NCBI GenBank assembly: GCA_004431415.1
Contig: QPMI01000469.1
Span: forward strand, 124,001 to 188,000
DNA length: 64,000 bases
From: Cyanophora paradoxa CCMP329
Taxonomy: Eukaryota; Plantae; Glaucophyta
Direction: 5' to 3'
The notes below the pieces were generated by a model. It had not been told where the DNA came from and did not search any database. It saw only the letters and a program-made list of their open reading frames with translations. A program made the translations under genes and the position numbers. Shown piece by piece: positions 60,712-64,000 of the stretch (the first letter of the stretch is position 1; each line of letters begins with the position of its first letter).

Positions 60712-62331
60712 CTAGCAGCGGCCGCCGCTCGCTGGGGCGGTGCCAGCGGGGGCATGTGCAACTGCTGGAGTGAGGCCGCAAAGTTGAGCAACTGCCAAAG
60801 CTGTGGGATCGACTGGCTGTTGATGTAACATATTCTCGATGACACGGCGGAAAGGATGCTGCGGGCACTCCAGGTAATCATCACCATAGTGCCAGCAGTT
60901 GTCTTCAGGTCGACCTTGTTCAACGCACTTGAAGCACAGTGATTTGAGCCCAGTTGCCCGGACAATTGGCCGGTCGGGTCGTCCACGGCCAGTACGTCTC
61001 CTGATTGATGTGACACTCTCAGTTCGGAGGTAATTGTAGTCGGGTGTGCCCTGCGGCTGCGCAAGCGGTTGACCAGCTGCAGGCGGCTGGCCATGGGCTG
61101 TGGCTGCAGCTCCTGGTGCGTGCTGTGCTGAGTTCCAGAACGAAGAATAATCTGCAGAGACTCCAAGGGGTGGGAGTATGCCGCTCTCGGACTCCTTACG
61201 ACGCTTCGCGTGCGGTTGAGGGGGCTCCAAGTCTGATTCTGAGCTGTCGGAGTCGTCGGAGTACTGTTCCTGCCTCTGAACGTGAGAGATCTTCTTGGAT
61301 GCTTTGCAATTGGCCTCCCCTGTCGTTGCCGGTTGGATTTCGATGAAGAGGCCAGGCGGTATGGCGGCGAAAGCGTCAGTCATGAATGAAGCAAGCTTCA
61401 TTTCCCGGAAGTCCGCTGAAGCGTCATCCTCGGGTTCGTGTTCGAGGGCGATCCGCTTCAGTTCAGGTATCTTGTCGCGGGCGTTCAAGAAGTTACGGTA
61501 CCGGTTATGACCCTCCTGGGTGTGCATGTTGGTGTAAGACCCTCCACTGTGCCCAGCGCGCCGGTGAATCTGGCTTTCCAGCGTCTTCACGATGTCGATG
61601 GGCTTCATCTTCTGGCCGTCAGGGATGAGGGTCGAAGACGGGAGTAGGTCATGTACTGTCTTCAGCGCGTCAGGTAAAGGGCTGCCGTCGTAAGGCGACT
61701 TGAGACGGGCGTCCAAGGCTTCGCTCTCCTCGGGGCTAATCTTGCTGATGAGGAATCGCATGTAGGAGGGGAGGCCCTTGATCGTGCCAGGTTGGTTGAG
61801 CGCGGTTTCAGCTTCTTCAAGTTCGGCGTTGGCCTTCTTGAGGCGTTCCCGTAACCGCTGCCCGTTGAAACTCTGCCTCTCCGTCTTGCTCATGTTCATG
61901 ATGCGCTTGCCGAGCTCCTGGCACTTCTCATCAGCTGCCTCCTTGGCGTTGACCTTGACAGTGGTGCCATGCACGAGGGTCGACACGATGGATCTGAGGC
62001 TCGCCGACAGGGCTTGCAGAAGGACGAGAAGGAGGGCGAGGCTCTTCTGGGAGCCGTCATTCTCGGTCGAGTACTTCTTGGGGTCCGATGCAGCGATGGC
62101 ACGGCCGTCGTTGATATGGGTAATAACACCCTCGGGTTTGAGGGGTTGGCCAGGGCTGGTAGCGATGAGCCCCTCCGCAATCTTCACACGCGTCGGAGGC
62201 TCTGCGTCGGCCCCGCCGCGGAGCTGCGAGGACTCCGCACGGGTGGTCGCCGCAATCTCGGCCGAGTCGCCGTACGCGTGCGTCGGCGCCGGGTTCCGGA
62301 TGCGGGAGCCGCCGTGTTCGTCGCGGTTCAT
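60712..62331 (-). CDS. gag: Gag-like protein, 539 aa
   Basis: The longest ORF between the LTRs, lying 5'-proximal on the element's sense strand. It has a coiled coil, a helical core and a C-terminal variant zinc knuckle CFKC-x11-H-x7-C. Confidence 0.65.
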   Translation of the reverse strand: MNRDEHGGSRIRNPAPTHAYGDSAEIAATTRAESSQLRGGADAEPPTRVKIAEGLIATSPGQPLKPEGVITHINDGRAIAASDPKKYSTENDGSQKSLALLLVLLQALSASLRSIVSTLVHGTTVKVNAKEAADEKCQELGKRIMNMSKTERQSFNGQRLRERLKKANAELEEAETALNQPGTIKGLPSYMRFLISKISPEESEALDARLKSPYDGSPLPDALKTVHDLLPSSTLIPDGQKMKPIDIVKTLESQIHRRAGHSGGSYTNMHTQEGHNRYRNFLNARDKIPELKRIALEHEPEDDASADFREMKLASFMTDAFAAIPPGLFIEIQPATTGEANCKASKKISHVQRQEQYSDDSDSSESDLEPPQPHAKRRKESESGILPPLGVSADYSSFWNSAQHAPGAAATAHGQPPAAGQPLAQPQGTPDYNYLRTESVTSIRRRTGRGRPDRPIVRATGLKSLCFKCVEQGRPEDNCWHYGDDYLECPQHPFRRVIENMLHQQPVDPTALAVAQLCGLTPAVAHAPAGTAPASGGRC

Positions 62332-62385
62332 GTTGACGTCGTTGGTCTCTGAGTGATTCCGAAGACCGTCGATGAAGAGAACGCA

Positions 62386-63010
62386 GCCGCTACGTGAGCG
62401 GGTGTGATCTGTAGTAAATGTCGGTGGTGATGGTCCTGAGAGCTGAGGTCTCCGTAGACGGCGACGAAGTCGAGGATGATCTTCTGAGCGGGGTGCTCTG
62501 AAGATCGACGCACAGATTCAGCCGCTACGTGAGCGGGTGGATCCGTAAAATGATGACGGGGTTGATGATCTTCTGAGCGGGGTGCTCTGAAGATCGACGC
62601 ACAGATTCAGCCGCTACGTGAGCGGGTGTGATCGTAAAAGTGATGACGGGGTTGATGATCTTCTGAGCGGGGTGCTCTGAAGATCGACGTACAGATTTCA
62701 GCCGCTACGTGAGCGGGTGCGATCCGTACAGTTGACGACGGGGTTGACGTGATCTTCTGAGCGGGTGCTCTGAAGATCGACGTACAGATTCAGCCGCTAC
62801 GTGAGCGGGTGCGATCTGTAAATAGATGACGGGGTTGATGGTCTTCTGAGCGGGGTGCTCTGAAGATCGACGACGCACAGATTCAGCCGCTACGTGAGCG
62901 GGTGCGATCCGTACAGGTAGACGACGGGGTTGACGATATCTTCTGAGCGAGGTGCTCTGAAGATCGACGTACAGATTTCAGCCGCTACGTGAGCGGGTGC
63001 GATCCGTACA
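62386..63010. repeat. Tandem repeat (~89-95 bp, 7 starts) in the retroelement 5' leader
   Basis: GCCGCTACGTGAGCGGGTG occurs at about 62386, 62521, 62610, 62701, 62792, 62886 and 62981. Confidence 0.95.
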
Positions 63011-63645
63011 AGTTGCTCGTTTACGTCCTGCGTGTCACGTACGCGGCGTGTGCCGGTGTGTCCGTAACGTACTGCGTCGCGATCACGGCCGCCGTGTGGC
63101 CGGCTACGAGGGCGAGGGCAGTCGAGCAGTCACTGCGTGTCGTTGGCCGAGCTGCTGACAGTGTTGTCAACAGCTGCGGAGCTCTCAGCGCGCGTGCACG
63201 AGCACGACGATCACGACGAGCGGACGACACGACAGCAACAGCAACGTGCAGTGCAAACCGCGCACGGACCCACGTTGCTCTTTAGGCGTAACGAGCCGCA
63301 AGTCACGGGTCGCTACACGTAAAGGTCGAGTGATTTCGCCTCACTCTCTCCCGCACTGGGACAGCGAGCCGCAAGTCACGGGTCACTGCTTGCAGCGAGT
63401 GTACGATTCCGCTGCTCTGTACAGGGAGGCGGCGTTCGGTGCGGGCAGCAAGAGCAGGGCAAGAAACTCCGAGGCTCCCCGGCGATTGCGCGGTTACCGT
63501 CCTCCGAGATCGTTCGAACACGTAGTCTAGCCTCAGGATAGCGGGGAAACACGCTCTCGGCCGCGCGCCCGCGGGCCCACCGCCAGGTAGCAAGACCGAT
63601 GCTGCAGCTGATCGGAGTCGCTGGTCCAACGGGTCCCGGCGAGGG

Positions 63646-63882
63646 TCAGAATAGCTTAGATAGGTCCCCCGAGGGTCCCCATGTGCTCGGGCGTGGCGCC
63701 GAGTCGGCAGGAGCGCGTGGGCGGCGTGCGTGCAGAAGATGCGACTGGTCCTTCTGGGTACACGACTGAACAACGGGGGGGGTACTGACCCAACCCGCTA
63801 CTAAGTACTAGCTACGCAACGACGTCAGCCCGTCTCAGCATGAATGATTGGCCAATGGCCCAGCCTAACTACTAAGGCAACA
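63646..63882 (-). repeat. 5' LTR (237 bp)
   Basis: Identical to 56911-57147 and followed by CATG. Confidence 0.95.
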
Positions 63883-64000
63883 CATGGTGGAGAGTGCGCG
63901 CGATCGCTGGACTACGAAAAGGAGGGACGATCGGCACGGAGGCCGAATCTTCAAAAGCGGAGGGAGGAGAAGAAGATGGCGATCCCAACCGCGACCGCAG

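Larger units (their letters stand above)
56911..63882 (-). mobile_element. Non-autonomous (gag-only) LTR retroelement, 6972 bp
   Basis: Identical 237-bp direct repeats at both ends; CATG on both outer flanks; polypurine tract abutting the left LTR on the minus strand; gag-like ORF; no recognisable pol motifs. Confidence 0.9.

Noticed and set aside
61778-62356. Plus-strand ORFs opposite gag
   Set aside because: They are antisense shadows of a GC-rich coding sequence.
62386-63010. CRISPR-like repeat/spacer appearance
   Set aside because: The variable parts are diverged copies of each other rather than unique spacers, there are no cas genes, and the context is a eukaryotic retroelement.

Overview
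This is eukaryotic nuclear DNA with short (about 50-75 nt) GT-AG introns, often with GTGCG donors, which points to a protist or alga. Bases ~1-53,946 form a gene-dense block, visibly more AT-rich than the DNA after it, anchored by an intron-containing CACTA/En-Spm (CMC) transposase (~3.0-7.6 kb). The block ends in a 157-bp tandem array followed by a CMC-like terminus (...CCATAGGG). It reads as one giant (>54 kb, left end outside the window) cargo-laden DNA transposon or a cluster of related elements. Most recognisable cargo is chromatin or ubiquitin-like-modifier machinery. This includes a minus-strand gene that I can splice by hand into one ORF fusing DOT1-like, PWWP-like and AWS-SET-postSET domains. 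It also includes a large ADD/PHD-finger protein with an RGG tail, a Ulp1 SUMO protease, two SENP8-like proteases, a tandem SUMO-like-domain protein and several F-box/LRR genes. A catalytically degenerate WRN/Mut-7-type exonuclease and a class-III aminotransferase-fold protein with a basic tail are also present. Several unrelated tandem arrays (mostly 144-200-bp units) lie between the genes. At the right end (56,911-63,882) is a young gag-only LTR retroelement with identical 237-bp LTRs, TG...GA termini and a 4-bp CATG target duplication. All domain calls come from motif recognition by eye; no searches were run.
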